IMG/VR virus record: IMGVR_UViG_3300032401_000002
Coordinates: 32,001-96,000 of that record
Length of the DNA stretch: 64,000 nucleotides
Strand: one strand, 5' to 3'
Origin: a virus
Shown here: in pieces, positions 51,805 through 61,766 of the stretch
Position numbering within the stretch: the stretch's first letter is position 1
Layout: every line of letters begins with the position of its first letter
The notes under the pieces: generated by a model
Told to the model about the DNA's origin: nothing
Databases searched by the model: none
What the model saw: only the letters and a program-made list of their open reading frames with translations
Translations under genes and position numbers: made by a program

Positions 51805-53825
51805 GGTAGGATACCATGATCCCTGGCAAATCCGAATGCATCTTCAACGCCTGAGATGGCTTCCTGCGCATAGTGCTGAGCGCCATGGAACTGATTGGAG
51901 GCACTGTGATCCTTATCACTATCCACGTTGATCTTGAACCACTTCTTGGCTTCGGCCGACAACCCAATAGTCTGCTTGGTGTTCTTGTGGCTTTGCTTCT
52001 CATTGGTCTTGCCCATTGCCGACATGAGGTACTTCTTCTCCGCTTGGGCGATTGCGTGCTGGCGCTCTTCACCCTTGGTGCCCTTCTTGTCGAGCTTCTT
52101 GACGATATCGCTGCGTGCGTCCGCGAGGCCCTCTCTCATCTTGTCCCCGCCACCGAACTTCTTGATGACCCCCTGGAAGTCATTCTCGCTTGCAGTGTCG
52201 CCTAGCATGGACAGATCAGCCAATGCCTCGGTCTTACCAAGCACGTTGCCTCTGACGCTATTACTCATCAACTGCTTCAGGTTCATCCCACCAAAGAGTT
52301 CGGGGTTAGAGTCGATCATCATCTGTAGCGATGAGAGTGCGTCCTCTGCCTTCTTGCTTACGGGCCGACCCGCCGTCATGTCTACGTACGCTTGATTGAG
52401 TTCACCCATGTCCTTGAATCCATACGACTTCACTAGCTGATTGCCAATTGACATAGGTGCCTTGAGTCGAGCGCCCAAAGCGTTGGGGCCAATCGTAGCC
52501 TTGGCGTAAGACTGTCCGGTCTGTGCCATCGCCATGAAGGTCTGCGTGCGATCTTGCAGCATCGCCGCGCCCTTCTCGGGACTCATCCCAGTGACTGCGC
52601 TGAAAGCGCTAAGCTGCGCTGCGTACCCAGTTGTCGAGCCTGGCCCGTTCTCGGCCAACTGCGAAGCCAAGCTGACTACCTTCTCAGTGAAGTCGCTCAA
52701 GTTCATGTTGGCCGACTTGGCTGCTTCTCCGAAGCCTGAGATGGTGTCTGTGAACTGAGACATCTCTGTACCGCCAAACCGGATCATCGGGTCGAGCATC
52801 TTCATTGTCGTCTCGGGTGTCATGCGATTGTGAATCTCGAACTGCTTCAGCGTCTCAGCCAAAGTGTCAGCCTGGTCTCCTCCGTAGCCGTACTGTGCCA
52901 ACGTTGCGCGAGCCTGTCTAGCCTGATCTCCTGAGTAGTTGGGATTGAAGCCGAACTTGCTTGACCACATCGATTTGAGATTGCTCTTGAGCGACTCACG
53001 GTAAGCTGGTGACATGAATCCAAACAAGCTACTCTCGCGAGAGTAGCCAAGATCCTGGCCCGCGTTCATTGCCGCGTTCATTGCCCCAAAGTGGCCAGTC
53101 ATAGATCTATGCATGTTCATCACGTTGGCCTTCAGTGCCTGCCCGGTGAACATTGCCTCGCTGGCACGACGAGCAAGTAGCTGCGGCGTACCCATGGCGT
53201 ATTGACCAGTCTCGGGATTCACTTTAAGCTCTGCTGGATCTCCTCGACTTTCTCTACTGCCTAAGTAGGTTCCTGGAGCGAAGTTCTTGAGATTTAGCTG
53301 ACCCTCGGCCGCGTACCCCAACGTCTGGCGTAGGCCGACAGGAATCTCTCCGATGCGCTTCTGAGCCTTGACGAACTGCTGTTCTAGCGAGTCGGGTTCG
53401 TCCCCTCCCGCACCGGCTGGAGCACGAGATGAATGATCAGGTACGTCATACCCGCCAACGTTCTGACCAGGGGGAGGAAGTGGCCCACCGCCAGATCCGC
53501 TACCACCTGTACTTGCTGACCCCCGCACTTCGCCAACAGTCTGGCCGGTCGGGTGTGGAGTGGTGCCTCCCGTGCGGGCCGAAGGTGACTGCATCTCCTC
53601 GGCAACATCACCGGCAACCGAAGCTGCGCTGCTTCTACCACTGCGCACCTGTCCGGTCAGTCCGCCCGCTCCAGCAAGCTGCTCTGCGTAGTCGCCAAGA
53701 GCCACCTTCAGTGTCTCCACTGACGTAGCGAATGAGTTACCGAATGCGATCAACTTCTCAGCATTCTTGTCTTGCAAGAGCTTGAGATCGACCTGGATAC
53801 GGTTGCTTGGCTGGTTACGTGGCAT
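51801..53825 (-). CDS. tape measure protein
   Basis: Helical Ala/Gly/Met-rich 674 aa ORF after the tail assembly chaperones. Confidence 0.75.
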   Translation of the reverse strand: MPRNQPSNRIQVDLKLLQDKNAEKLIAFGNSFATSVETLKVALGDYAEQLAGAGGLTGQVRSGRSSAASVAGDVAEEMQSPSARTGGTTPHPTGQTVGEVRGSASTGGSGSGGGPLPPPGQNVGGYDVPDHSSRAPAGAGGDEPDSLEQQFVKAQKRIGEIPVGLRQTLGYAAEGQLNLKNFAPGTYLGSRESRGDPAELKVNPETGQYAMGTPQLLARRASEAMFTGQALKANVMNMHRSMTGHFGAMNAAMNAGQDLGYSRESSLFGFMSPAYRESLKSNLKSMWSSKFGFNPNYSGDQARQARATLAQYGYGGDQADTLAETLKQFEIHNRMTPETTMKMLDPMIRFGGTEMSQFTDTISGFGEAAKSANMNLSDFTEKVVSLASQLAENGPGSTTGYAAQLSAFSAVTGMSPEKGAAMLQDRTQTFMAMAQTGQSYAKATIGPNALGARLKAPMSIGNQLVKSYGFKDMGELNQAYVDMTAGRPVSKKAEDALSSLQMMIDSNPELFGGMNLKQLMSNSVRGNVLGKTEALADLSMLGDTASENDFQGVIKKFGGGDKMREGLADARSDIVKKLDKKGTKGEERQHAIAQAEKKYLMSAMGKTNEKQSHKNTKQTIGLSAEAKKWFKINVDSDKDHSASNQFHGAQHYAQEAISGVEDAFGFARDHGILP

Positions 53826-53846
53826 AATGTGAGAGATGACTAGGGG

Positions 53847-53875
53847 TTGACAAGCGCTCGAAACCCTCGTAGTCT
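53847..53875 (+). promoter_or_regulatory. early promoter
   Basis: TTGACA-N17-TAGTCT, same family as 25045/27317. Confidence 0.8.
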
Positions 53876-53915
53876 TAGATTAGAGGGCCGGACGGCCCTA
53901 CTTGAGAGGAGAACG

Positions 53916-54314
53916 TTGAGTACAACCTGGCCCGGCGAAGAAGAGGTCATGGATCGATGGGAGTACGACCACGGTGAAGCTCCTACATTGGAGTTCACTC
54001 GTGAGTATCCCAACATCGCCAACAAGGTTGTGTTCCGGCTCCCGGAGTCTCCCGTCACTGAAGCACCCATGGGTAAACAGGACTTCTGGATGGATTCCTG
54101 GGAGAGTGCCGCATTGTTCTTAACGCTGCTTGCGTTCTTTCCTCTCCTCGTCGTCGTGATCCCAGTCGTTTGGTTCTCGTTGCTCTCCAAGTTAGATACG
54201 CAGCCAGAGGCCAAGGGGCTATTCAACTTCGTTAGCTTCTTCATGGCAATTCTGGTTCTGGGTGGGGCGCTACTGGCCTTATTGGCTGGCCCGATGACCG
54301 CTGGGAGCACTTGA
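53916..54314 (+). CDS. two-TM membrane protein, antisense to the tail operon
   Basis: SD GAGGAG before TTG 53916; two hydrophobic helices. Confidence 0.7.
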   Translation: MSTTWPGEEEVMDRWEYDHGEAPTLEFTREYPNIANKVVFRLPESPVTEAPMGKQDFWMDSWESAALFLTLLAFFPLLVVVIPVVWFSLLSKLDTQPEAKGLFNFVSFFMAILVLGGALLALLAGPMTAGST

Positions 54315-54392
54315 GCCTGAGAGTGGGCACTAGAAGGGGTCTGTGCGGGCCTGTATGGCCTCCTAAGAGCTTCCGAGGGCATACGGGGGTAC

Positions 54393-54759
54393 TTACTCCA
54401 CTGCGATGCCAAATCGCCTTAGATCGGCAATGGTAGCCTCGACCTCTTCGTGGCTGAGTCGCTCGTAGTTCTCAAGCTCGTCTTCGTTCAGCGCGCGGGC
54501 GAACAACTCATCCTCGTCAACCTGAGCGCCATCTAGCGCGTCAAGGATCTCCTTGGCTTCGCCGGGGTGCATCGCAATGATCATCGAGCGGAACCTGTGC
54601 CACTCTAGCTCCTGCGCTACTTCCTGCTCGTACACGATAACCGTCAAGAGCGCAAGCTGCTGCACGTCATTCAAGTCGCCCTGTAGGATACCCTGACTAT
54701 GAGCGAGGCGGCAGAGGGTTAGAGCGTGTGCCGACCCGCTGTCGATTTTAGCTCAAGTT
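54393..54759 (-). CDS. tail assembly chaperone, -1 frameshift extension (gpT-like)
   Basis: Frame open back to CTA AAA T at 54756-54761 within the upstream chaperone. Confidence 0.7.
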
Positions 54760-55249
54760 CACTGAATGCCTGTGCTTGTCGTAGAAGCAGGTTGCTGAAC
54801 TCAAGGTAGATCGACTCGATCACGGGGTCGTACCACTTGACTACGCGCTCGAAGTTAGCTCGGATACGCTGAATCGGATCTCGCTCTTCATCGGCGGACA
54901 AAGCAGCCGACAAGGGGCGTCCGTCTAGCGTGAGGATACAGGCTGCCACGTACACAGCCTCGATGGCGTCTCCCATGCCAAAGGACTCGTCGTAGTCCTT
55001 AACTAGAAGGCTGCACGCCAAGCGCTCTCCTCGACGGAGAGTCTTGATCGTGAAGGTGTGACCGAAGACCTCGATGTCTGAAGTCAGATAGCCCAGATAG
55101 AGAAGGCCCTCGACATCATCGTAGATCTTGGGATCGAACTCATCCGCCTTGTCGGCGTTGAGCATGGGCTGGTCTGTTTCCTCGTCACGTTCAACGGTGA
55201 ACCCAGCCGGGCCAAAGTCCACATCGGACTCGAAGTCGGGATTAGACAT
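54719..55249 (-). CDS. tail assembly chaperone (gpG-like)
   Basis: Between tube and TMP; HTFTIKTL; strong SD. Confidence 0.8.
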   Translation of the reverse strand: MSNPDFESDVDFGPAGFTVERDEETDQPMLNADKADEFDPKIYDDVEGLLYLGYLTSDIEVFGHTFTIKTLRRGERLACSLLVKDYDESFGMGDAIEAVYVAACILTLDGRPLSAALSADEERDPIQRIRANFERVVKWYDPVIESIYLEFSNLLLRQAQAFSELELKSTAGRHTL

Positions 55250-55283
55250 GATACCTCCTTATCGGCCAGGAGGCGAGAGAACC

Positions 55284-55868
55284 TTAGTGAGTCTCTTGCT
55301 CCCGTGTCATGTACGTGTACATGACCGTCATCGTCTTGATGACCTCCATGGTGCCGATCTCGATCTGCTCGTCGTCCCGGATATCCGTGATGACGACGTT
55401 GTGGTAAAGCTCTGCGTAGTGCTTCACCTTCGGGCCACCGCGAACGCCTGTGTTCGGCGGGTAGATGATCTTCGATGCGTTGACGGGCTTGTTGAGAGCC
55501 GACAGTCGCAGGAAGACTTCAGAAAGGTCGTTGTAGCGAGCGTTGGAGCGCTGTCCAGCCGTGCCGAAGCCACCCGTGTCCGTGATCTTCATGATCTGAT
55601 CCCAGACCTTCTGGCCGTACATCTCGAACAACTGCACCTGTAGGGTGCCAGCGCCGATTGCGGCCGGGGTGATGATCTGGAGCGGGTACTGCTGGTCAAG
55701 AGGCTGGATGGCCACCGGGGTAGCAACGGGCTGCGGAGCCTGATGCGAAACCTGCTGGGCGAATCCAATGACGTGACCGTTCCACCAGAAGCTGGTGAAA
55801 CCGGAACCACCGACGCGGAACGGCTTGGTGCGGTTGAAGATGTTCTGCTGTGCGCTTGAAGATGCCAT
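55284..55868 (-). CDS. tail tube protein
   Basis: Follows the sheath; YHNVVITDI...EVIKTMTVMY. Confidence 0.82.
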   Translation of the reverse strand: MASSSAQQNIFNRTKPFRVGGSGFTSFWWNGHVIGFAQQVSHQAPQPVATPVAIQPLDQQYPLQIITPAAIGAGTLQVQLFEMYGQKVWDQIMKITDTGGFGTAGQRSNARYNDLSEVFLRLSALNKPVNASKIIYPPNTGVRGGPKVKHYAELYHNVVITDIRDDEQIEIGTMEVIKTMTVMYTYMTREQETH

Positions 55869-55878
55869 TGTCTAGTCC

Positions 55879-57882
55879 TTAGATGCCCTGGACGTTCGTT
55901 GCGTCCGTTGTGTCGAAGGTTACGCCCTGAGCGGAGTCGATGCTGAAGCTGATCGAGACCTGGTTGAGCGGGTATGCGGGTAGGTAGCTGAAGCGAACCT
56001 CAAGAGCGCTCGCGTCAGACGGGTTCCTACGAACCTGGATCGACTGGTAAGAAACCAGCGCACCCTCAGAGCGGAGACGCTCCAGGACAGCCGTGACGAT
56101 AAGCTGAACTCGGAAGTTCGACTGGTCGTCCAGGACGATCTGGCCAATGACCTCTGTGTCGATGCTCTCGCGGATGTTCTCCATCATGTACTGCTTGGCG
56201 CGAACAACATTGAACTCTCGGCGAACCAGAGTATCCGTTGCGGTGGTGATCGCATGACGTACCTGGATCGTTCCACGCTTGGCCTCAATGACCGTCAGGC
56301 CCGCCTGTGCGTCGGCGTCCTTGTCGGTCTCGGTGCGTGAGTCGTTGACTGATGTGATGACATTGATACGCTTGCGCGTCATCGGAGTCTGCACGGGGTA
56401 GCGACTAAGTGCGCCTGCGAAGGCTGCTGCTACGTACTGACCGCCGAAGAGGGCGTCCACCCCGGTGACGGGGTTAGCGAAGTTGAAGGATGACGGCGAT
56501 ACGAAGAGCACACTGTCAGCCGGGGTGCGAGCACCAATGGCCTGAGCGTGAGCCTGTAGAGTGGCCTTGGAAGCCAAGGCACCACCAGTGCCGTCCTCGC
56601 CTACGATAGCCACGAGCAACTGCTGTTGCTGCTGGGCCATGTAGTTGACATGATCCTGCACCTTCTGTAGAATCTGAAGGTTGAGGGAGTCCGTGACCGT
56701 TGTAGCCAGGTTGCCAGCGGCGATGATCGGGACGATAACGTTTACGTCTTCGATGTCGCGAAGGTTCTTAAGGGTGTCCTCCCAGTCGTTGACACTGCCT
56801 GTCGGAGTCGTGCGCGGGCTACCTTCTGTGAAGAGAGCCTGGACGATCACGCTAGCAGCGCCGTTCTCGAATGCAACCGAAGCTGCGAAAGACACTGGAT
56901 TGAGAATGTTTCCAACTGAGTCGTAAGCCGGGCCGAACTTGTCCTCGACATCACTCTGGCCGAAGCAGCGGGTCGGGAGCCAGTAGTCGCTCGGTGTCGC
57001 ACGGTAAGAGACTCGGACGGCGAGCTTGTCAGCCGAAGCGCCAATCGTAGTCGTTCCCGCCGAACGGCTTAGCTGAAGGGTTGCCCCTGTGCCGGTCAAG
57101 ATGTAGTCCAGATCGGTGGTGGTGCCCTTCTGATAGAGAGCAGAAGTGTTGGCGAATGTGCCGGGTGCTGTCTTGACAACAATGTTGTCGGCAGTTGTCG
57201 GCAGGTTGACCGGAGTCAGGTTGTTCAACTGCACCGCGATGTCGCTGAACTGAACAGCGCCAACTGTGTAGTCGAGGTAGACAGTCTGGAACTTCCTGAG
57301 AACAGTCGCCGTGTTGACCCAAACGATGGTCGGGGTTGCGCCTCCTGCGCCAACGACTGCGTAGTCCGCAACCGGGGCCAGGCCCTCGGTGCCGACCTTG
57401 ACGGTAGCCGATACGGTTCCCGAAGTGCGCTGAGCCGGGGTAGCAAGGCTCGTGCCATTAAGGACGATGGACTCGGTCTTACCGTCACCCTGCGACGGTG
57501 AACCTGAGTTCTCGAAGTACACGACAACCGACTCGCCATTGCCAATGGTGGTCTGCATCGCGCGAACGATGCTGACGATCCCCTGAGTAGTCAAGAGGGT
57601 CGAGTCAACGTTATAGTCTAGATTGGTCAGAGTGGTTGAAGCCCGGAAAGGCTCAAGGGTTACGTTGCTCGCGTCACGAACGACGATGGTGCTGGTGTCC
57701 ACGTTGAGAGCACCAAGCTGGATGGGAGTGTTGTCGTCCAGAACGAACACCTGAACGAAATCCTCATAGCCCTGTCCAGGGCCGACAATGCAGATCGACG
57801 TAGGATCTAGCAGGATGGGCGAGAACGACGGTGATACGATCTCACTGACGGTTACGCCGGGCTTTACGTATGCGAGTGCCAA
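55879..57882 (-). CDS. tail sheath protein
   Basis: YVKPGVTVSE, VRHAITT, REFNVVR, YLPAYPLNQV. Confidence 0.93.
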   Translation of the reverse strand: MALAYVKPGVTVSEIVSPSFSPILLDPTSICIVGPGQGYEDFVQVFVLDDNTPIQLGALNVDTSTIVVRDASNVTLEPFRASTTLTNLDYNVDSTLLTTQGIVSIVRAMQTTIGNGESVVVYFENSGSPSQGDGKTESIVLNGTSLATPAQRTSGTVSATVKVGTEGLAPVADYAVVGAGGATPTIVWVNTATVLRKFQTVYLDYTVGAVQFSDIAVQLNNLTPVNLPTTADNIVVKTAPGTFANTSALYQKGTTTDLDYILTGTGATLQLSRSAGTTTIGASADKLAVRVSYRATPSDYWLPTRCFGQSDVEDKFGPAYDSVGNILNPVSFAASVAFENGAASVIVQALFTEGSPRTTPTGSVNDWEDTLKNLRDIEDVNVIVPIIAAGNLATTVTDSLNLQILQKVQDHVNYMAQQQQQLLVAIVGEDGTGGALASKATLQAHAQAIGARTPADSVLFVSPSSFNFANPVTGVDALFGGQYVAAAFAGALSRYPVQTPMTRKRINVITSVNDSRTETDKDADAQAGLTVIEAKRGTIQVRHAITTATDTLVRREFNVVRAKQYMMENIRESIDTEVIGQIVLDDQSNFRVQLIVTAVLERLRSEGALVSYQSIQVRRNPSDASALEVRFSYLPAYPLNQVSISFSIDSAQGVTFDTTDATNVQGI

Positions 57883-57960
57883 GGGTTTCAGAGTCTCCTA
57901 AAGGGTTTCAATCTCAAACCTTAGGGTGGAGTAGACGGCTAGAAAGTAGCGGCCGTGTCA

Positions 57961-59118
57961 TTAGGCTGTAGTCACCGTGCCAAAGCTGGCCTCGCTGCCC
58001 TTGCCTGTGATGTTGACAGTGAGCTTGAAGGTCGGGGTGCCAAAGGTCGGGGTGCTCGTGAATCCTGTTACGTTGGCCGTTCTGTTCACACTCTTGGAAC
58101 CAAAGGCTGCTGCTGACCCAAGACCAGTCACAGACACGTTGATGTGGCCTGTGAATGTCGGGGTGCCGAACGATGCCGCCGAACCGAGGCCGGTCACGTT
58201 GGTCGTCCTTGAGATCTTCAGTGTACCAATCGAGGCCACGGAGTTTAGTCCGACCAGAGTCGTCGTGGTGTTTACCGACAAGACACCGAAAGCCTGCGTT
58301 CCTGTTAGGCCCACAAGCGTGGTTGCCGTGTTCACCTTCAAGGTGCCGAAGGCTGCCGCTGAGCCAAGCGCAGACCCAATCGGGATGAATGTCCATCCAG
58401 GGATGATCGTGGTTGTGCCGAAGCTGGCAGCCGACCCCAGACCTGTGATGTTGACCGTCATGTCTTCTCGGGCTAGCGCGCCAATCTGGGCCGCTGAGCC
58501 AAGACCCGTCACGTTCACCGTGCGACTGATAGTGGTCGTACCGAATGCTGCGGCCGAGCCGAGAGCAGGCGGGAACGCCTGAGTGTTGATCTTGAAGACG
58601 CCGAAGGAAGCCGCCGAGTTGAGTCCAGGGATGGGAACGGTTGTCTTGAACGTGCGTGTTCCGAAGGCTGGCGTGCTGGAAAGCCCGGTGATGTTGACCG
58701 TTCTCTTGTTGCCGACCACGCCGAATGCGGGTACGCTGCTGAGGCCAACCGTGTTGACTGTCCTGCTGATGTAGACGGTGCCAATGCTTGCTGCTGAGCC
58801 AAGTCCAACGAGCGTCTTCTTGTGGTTGACATGCAACGTACCGAACGCTGCCGCCGATGCGAGAGCCGTTGGCGCAACGAACTGGATGTTGTAGGTCTCG
58901 TCCGCCGAGATAACGCCCGTGCCTCGAACCCACTGGTAGTCATCATCGTTATCGGTCTGGTACTCTGCGCCCGTTACAACACCAACAGCCCTGAGGCGGT
59001 TAGGATAGCTGTACGGGTGATTCGGGTCGGGATCGAGGTTGTTGTCCTCGTACTCGAACGGATTCGACCAAGCAAGCTCGGGATGATCGCTGAACGGAAG
59101 AATGAGAGTGCTAGACAT
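57961..59118 (-). CDS. neck/whisker-like repeat protein
   Basis: About 14 tandem VxGLxSAAxFGTxxV repeats. Confidence 0.7.
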   Translation of the reverse strand: MSSTLILPFSDHPELAWSNPFEYEDNNLDPDPNHPYSYPNRLRAVGVVTGAEYQTDNDDDYQWVRGTGVISADETYNIQFVAPTALASAAAFGTLHVNHKKTLVGLGSAASIGTVYISRTVNTVGLSSVPAFGVVGNKRTVNITGLSSTPAFGTRTFKTTVPIPGLNSAASFGVFKINTQAFPPALGSAAAFGTTTISRTVNVTGLGSAAQIGALAREDMTVNITGLGSAASFGTTTIIPGWTFIPIGSALGSAAAFGTLKVNTATTLVGLTGTQAFGVLSVNTTTTLVGLNSVASIGTLKISRTTNVTGLGSAASFGTPTFTGHINVSVTGLGSAAAFGSKSVNRTANVTGFTSTPTFGTPTFKLTVNITGKGSEASFGTVTTA

Positions 59119-59782
59119 CGAAGTCCACCGGCTGTTCGAACTGCGGATACGACTGTGACTCTACTCGCGTGATGAATGACCACTGATCCTGCGGGTAGGT
59201 GTTGTAGAAGCCACCATGGATCTCGATGTTCAAGTCTGACGAGTACACCAACACGTCCTCGGGAGACCATGGGGCGATCTGGGCCGTGACGCCACCGTCG
59301 TTGATTTCGTCCACGTTGAGCATCAACTGGCTGAATGCCAGCATGAGGGGGTCATCGGGTGACCCATAGATGCTGGTGAAGAAGTTACCTAGCTGGGCGT
59401 CAAGACGACCGAAGCTCAGAACCTCGACCAGTGAGTCCACCAGGAGGTCAAGGTCGAGAGGGGTCAGGGCGTGGCATGAGAAGTTCAACGTGCCCTCGAA
59501 GCGACGATGATTCCACTTTCTGAGGATTTCGTTGTCGTCTAGGAACCACTCTTCGTGACCCACGCCAGCGTTGATGATCCTCTGGCCGTTGTACTCTACC
59601 ACGATAGACGGGTAGTCCAACTTGACGAGGGGATAGTGCGGCGTGATCTTGAGATCGACAAGCTGACGCTCGCGCGTGTAAGCCGTGTCGTAGACTGCAT
59701 GCAGGGCGTTGACGATCCCTCGCAGGACAAGTCGGCGATAGGAGGTAACAGAAAGATCAGTTGTGCGGAGCGCTTCACTCAT
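59111..59782 (-). CDS. tail terminator/completion protein
   Basis: YPSIVVEY motif; position upstream of the sheath. Confidence 0.65.
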   Translation of the reverse strand: MSEALRTTDLSVTSYRRLVLRGIVNALHAVYDTAYTRERQLVDLKITPHYPLVKLDYPSIVVEYNGQRIINAGVGHEEWFLDDNEILRKWNHRRFEGTLNFSCHALTPLDLDLLVDSLVEVLSFGRLDAQLGNFFTSIYGSPDDPLMLAFSQLMLNVDEINDGGVTAQIAPWSPEDVLVYSSDLNIEIHGGFYNTYPQDQWSFITRVESQSYPQFEQPVDFDV

Positions 59783-60114
59783 ACTCTCAACCCATCGAGA
59801 AGGCTTTGTACGAACACTTGAGTCTCGGAGCTATCTGACATAGCTTCCTCCATCGAATCAAGACCAATCTGTGTGACTTGCGTGTAGATGCTTTGATCGA
59901 GCAGGATAGCCTTCACCATGGCATCTTTGGTCTCCAGGCGATACCCGTATTCGCCATCATCCAGAGTGGCCTTGAAGGGTGCCCATGATCGTCTTAGGCC
60001 CTTGACGTTTGCGTCAGACTGACCCTGGATCAGGAGCGGCAAGATCTCTGTTCGCGCTCGTCGGTTGGCGATCTTGACGGCTAGTCTGACCACGCTCTGC
60101 TGTGCGGTAGGCAT
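59779..60114 (-). CDS. neck-region hypothetical protein
   Basis: 111 aa coupled ORF. Confidence 0.6.
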   Translation of the reverse strand: MPTAQQSVVRLAVKIANRRARTEILPLLIQGQSDANVKGLRRSWAPFKATLDDGEYGYRLETKDAMVKAILLDQSIYTQVTQIGLDSMEEAMSDSSETQVFVQSLLDGLRV

Positions 60115-60896
60115 TAGACGGTCGTAACCAATCCGAAGTCGTGCGCGTTCGTCAGCCCAACGGGCCTCTTGCTACTATTGACAACCAAGTCGCTGAAGTA
60201 GATTGAATCTACGGGAACCCCGTACAAGGCACTGTTGGTCGGAGCCTTGCTCATCTGGAAACTCTGCCCCACCTGGAATGGCTGATGACCACTGCGCTGC
60301 GCTCCTCGTCTACCTAGGCCGCGCATGGTGATCTGCTGAACGCGCTTCAACTGGAATCGATCATGCATGTCGGTGATCGTGTAGCCATCCTGATCTAGCA
60401 CAACGTTGATGCAGAGATCGTTGTCGCCCAGTCTGGGGTACCAAGGGGCCACACCTTCTGCATCGAAGGTCTGGATCATCACACCCTGCTCGTTGACTCG
60501 GAAGACATCAATTGCTACGTCAGGCTCAAGGAGCCAAGTCAGAAGTGGATTGGCGAAGCCTCCGTAACGAGGGGCCTTGATTGATCCATTCGGCTGCGCG
60601 CCCGTCACGAGTTGTCCGTCAGTGGTGACCCAGACATCGAACGGATTGTCCTCGACTGACACGAATCCGAAGCTGTAGCAAACTGGGCAATCGTTTCGCG
60701 TCTGCTCGTACACTGAATCGAAGCAGGCCGGGCACTTCTTGGCTTCGCCGTTCTCGACATCGTCTAGGTTGTACATGTGACGAAAGACAACAGGCTGGCC
60801 CATCTTGCGACACAGATCCATGTTCTCGCGACGAAGTCTCTTGATCTCCTGCGGAGTGTTCGGCGGGCCGACCTCGCGAAAGGTTACGTACCGCAC
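60114..60896 (-). CDS. head-tail connector (stopper-like) protein with CxxC pairs
   Basis: CPAC...CPVCYSFGF; position after the adaptor. Confidence 0.6.
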   Translation of the reverse strand: MRYVTFREVGPPNTPQEIKRLRRENMDLCRKMGQPVVFRHMYNLDDVENGEAKKCPACFDSVYEQTRNDCPVCYSFGFVSVEDNPFDVWVTTDGQLVTGAQPNGSIKAPRYGGFANPLLTWLLEPDVAIDVFRVNEQGVMIQTFDAEGVAPWYPRLGDNDLCINVVLDQDGYTITDMHDRFQLKRVQQITMRGLGRRGAQRSGHQPFQVGQSFQMSKAPTNSALYGVPVDSIYFSDLVVNSSKRPVGLTNAHDFGLVTTV

Positions 60897-61766
60897 TTAG
60901 AAGCCCCTGCCGACGTTCCTTGACCGCATCGGGCCAGGAAGCATGCGACCGGCCTTCGTACCGAGGAGGAGAGAGCCGTGCGTGATGTCGTAACCACGGA
61001 GCTTGACTTGCTTCGTCCACTTGTCGAACAATGGAGCTTCAACATCGTAGACAGCTTTCCAAGCCTGCTGGTATCGCTTTCTGTCCATGAAGGCTACGGG
61101 AGACGAGACAACATCGGGCTGCTCGGTGTACGAGCGCATCAGATGTCGGATGGATGCAACGAGTAGGCCCTGGGCTGCCAGTGGGCCGTATGACCCCTGC
61201 GACCATGGGTAGCTAGCCTCAGTGTAGTCGGAGAACGGCATCGTCTCGTTCACGTTCATGATGACCTCTGGAATGAAGGCTCGAATCTTGGTCTTATCGA
61301 AGACAGCCAGTGTCTGATCCCGGAGCCAAGGGCCACCCAGTTCAGAGTCGAAGCAGTCTTCTAGCTTGAGCCATGCCATGTCAACGTATGGATCAGACAC
61401 CGCAGACCCAGAGCGAACAAACGGATCAATGACAGTGAAGTCAACAATGACAGACTTGAGGGCGTTCGGGTACGGTGCAGAAGATACGCCAGTGTAGTCG
61501 AACGTCATGACGCCCTTGTACTCACCGGGTATGTCAGTTAGGTTGATAACCTGGAACTGAGCATGACCGTCACCAACGATGTCTGCTGGATTGCTCTGGA
61601 CAGATGGTGTGTTGGGATCATCACCCGGCTTCAGGATTGTGACGATGGCCGATGTGATATCGCCCATGGGGATCAGAGTGTCGCCCGCGTTGTTGTACAG
61701 CCAGCCGTCTAGAATGGCGCTGTCATTCAGCATCACATTGGGCTGTCGCTCGTATCCGAAACTCAT
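60897..61766 (-). CDS. head-to-tail adaptor protein
   Basis: Ig-like N-terminus, helical adaptor-like C-terminus; first gene of the neck operon. Confidence 0.6.
   Translation of the reverse strand: MSFGYERQPNVMLNDSAILDGWLYNNAGDTLIPMGDITSAIVTILKPGDDPNTPSVQSNPADIVGDGHAQFQVINLTDIPGEYKGVMTFDYTGVSSAPYPNALKSVIVDFTVIDPFVRSGSAVSDPYVDMAWLKLEDCFDSELGGPWLRDQTLAVFDKTKIRAFIPEVIMNVNETMPFSDYTEASYPWSQGSYGPLAAQGLLVASIRHLMRSYTEQPDVVSSPVAFMDRKRYQQAWKAVYDVEAPLFDKWTKQVKLRGYDITHGSLLLGTKAGRMLPGPMRSRNVGRGF

Noticed and set aside
57961-58900. Tandem DNA repeats as a DGR or CRISPR-like array
   Set aside because: The repeats are conserved at protein level with divergent codons; no reverse transcriptase or adenine-specific TR/VR pair was seen.
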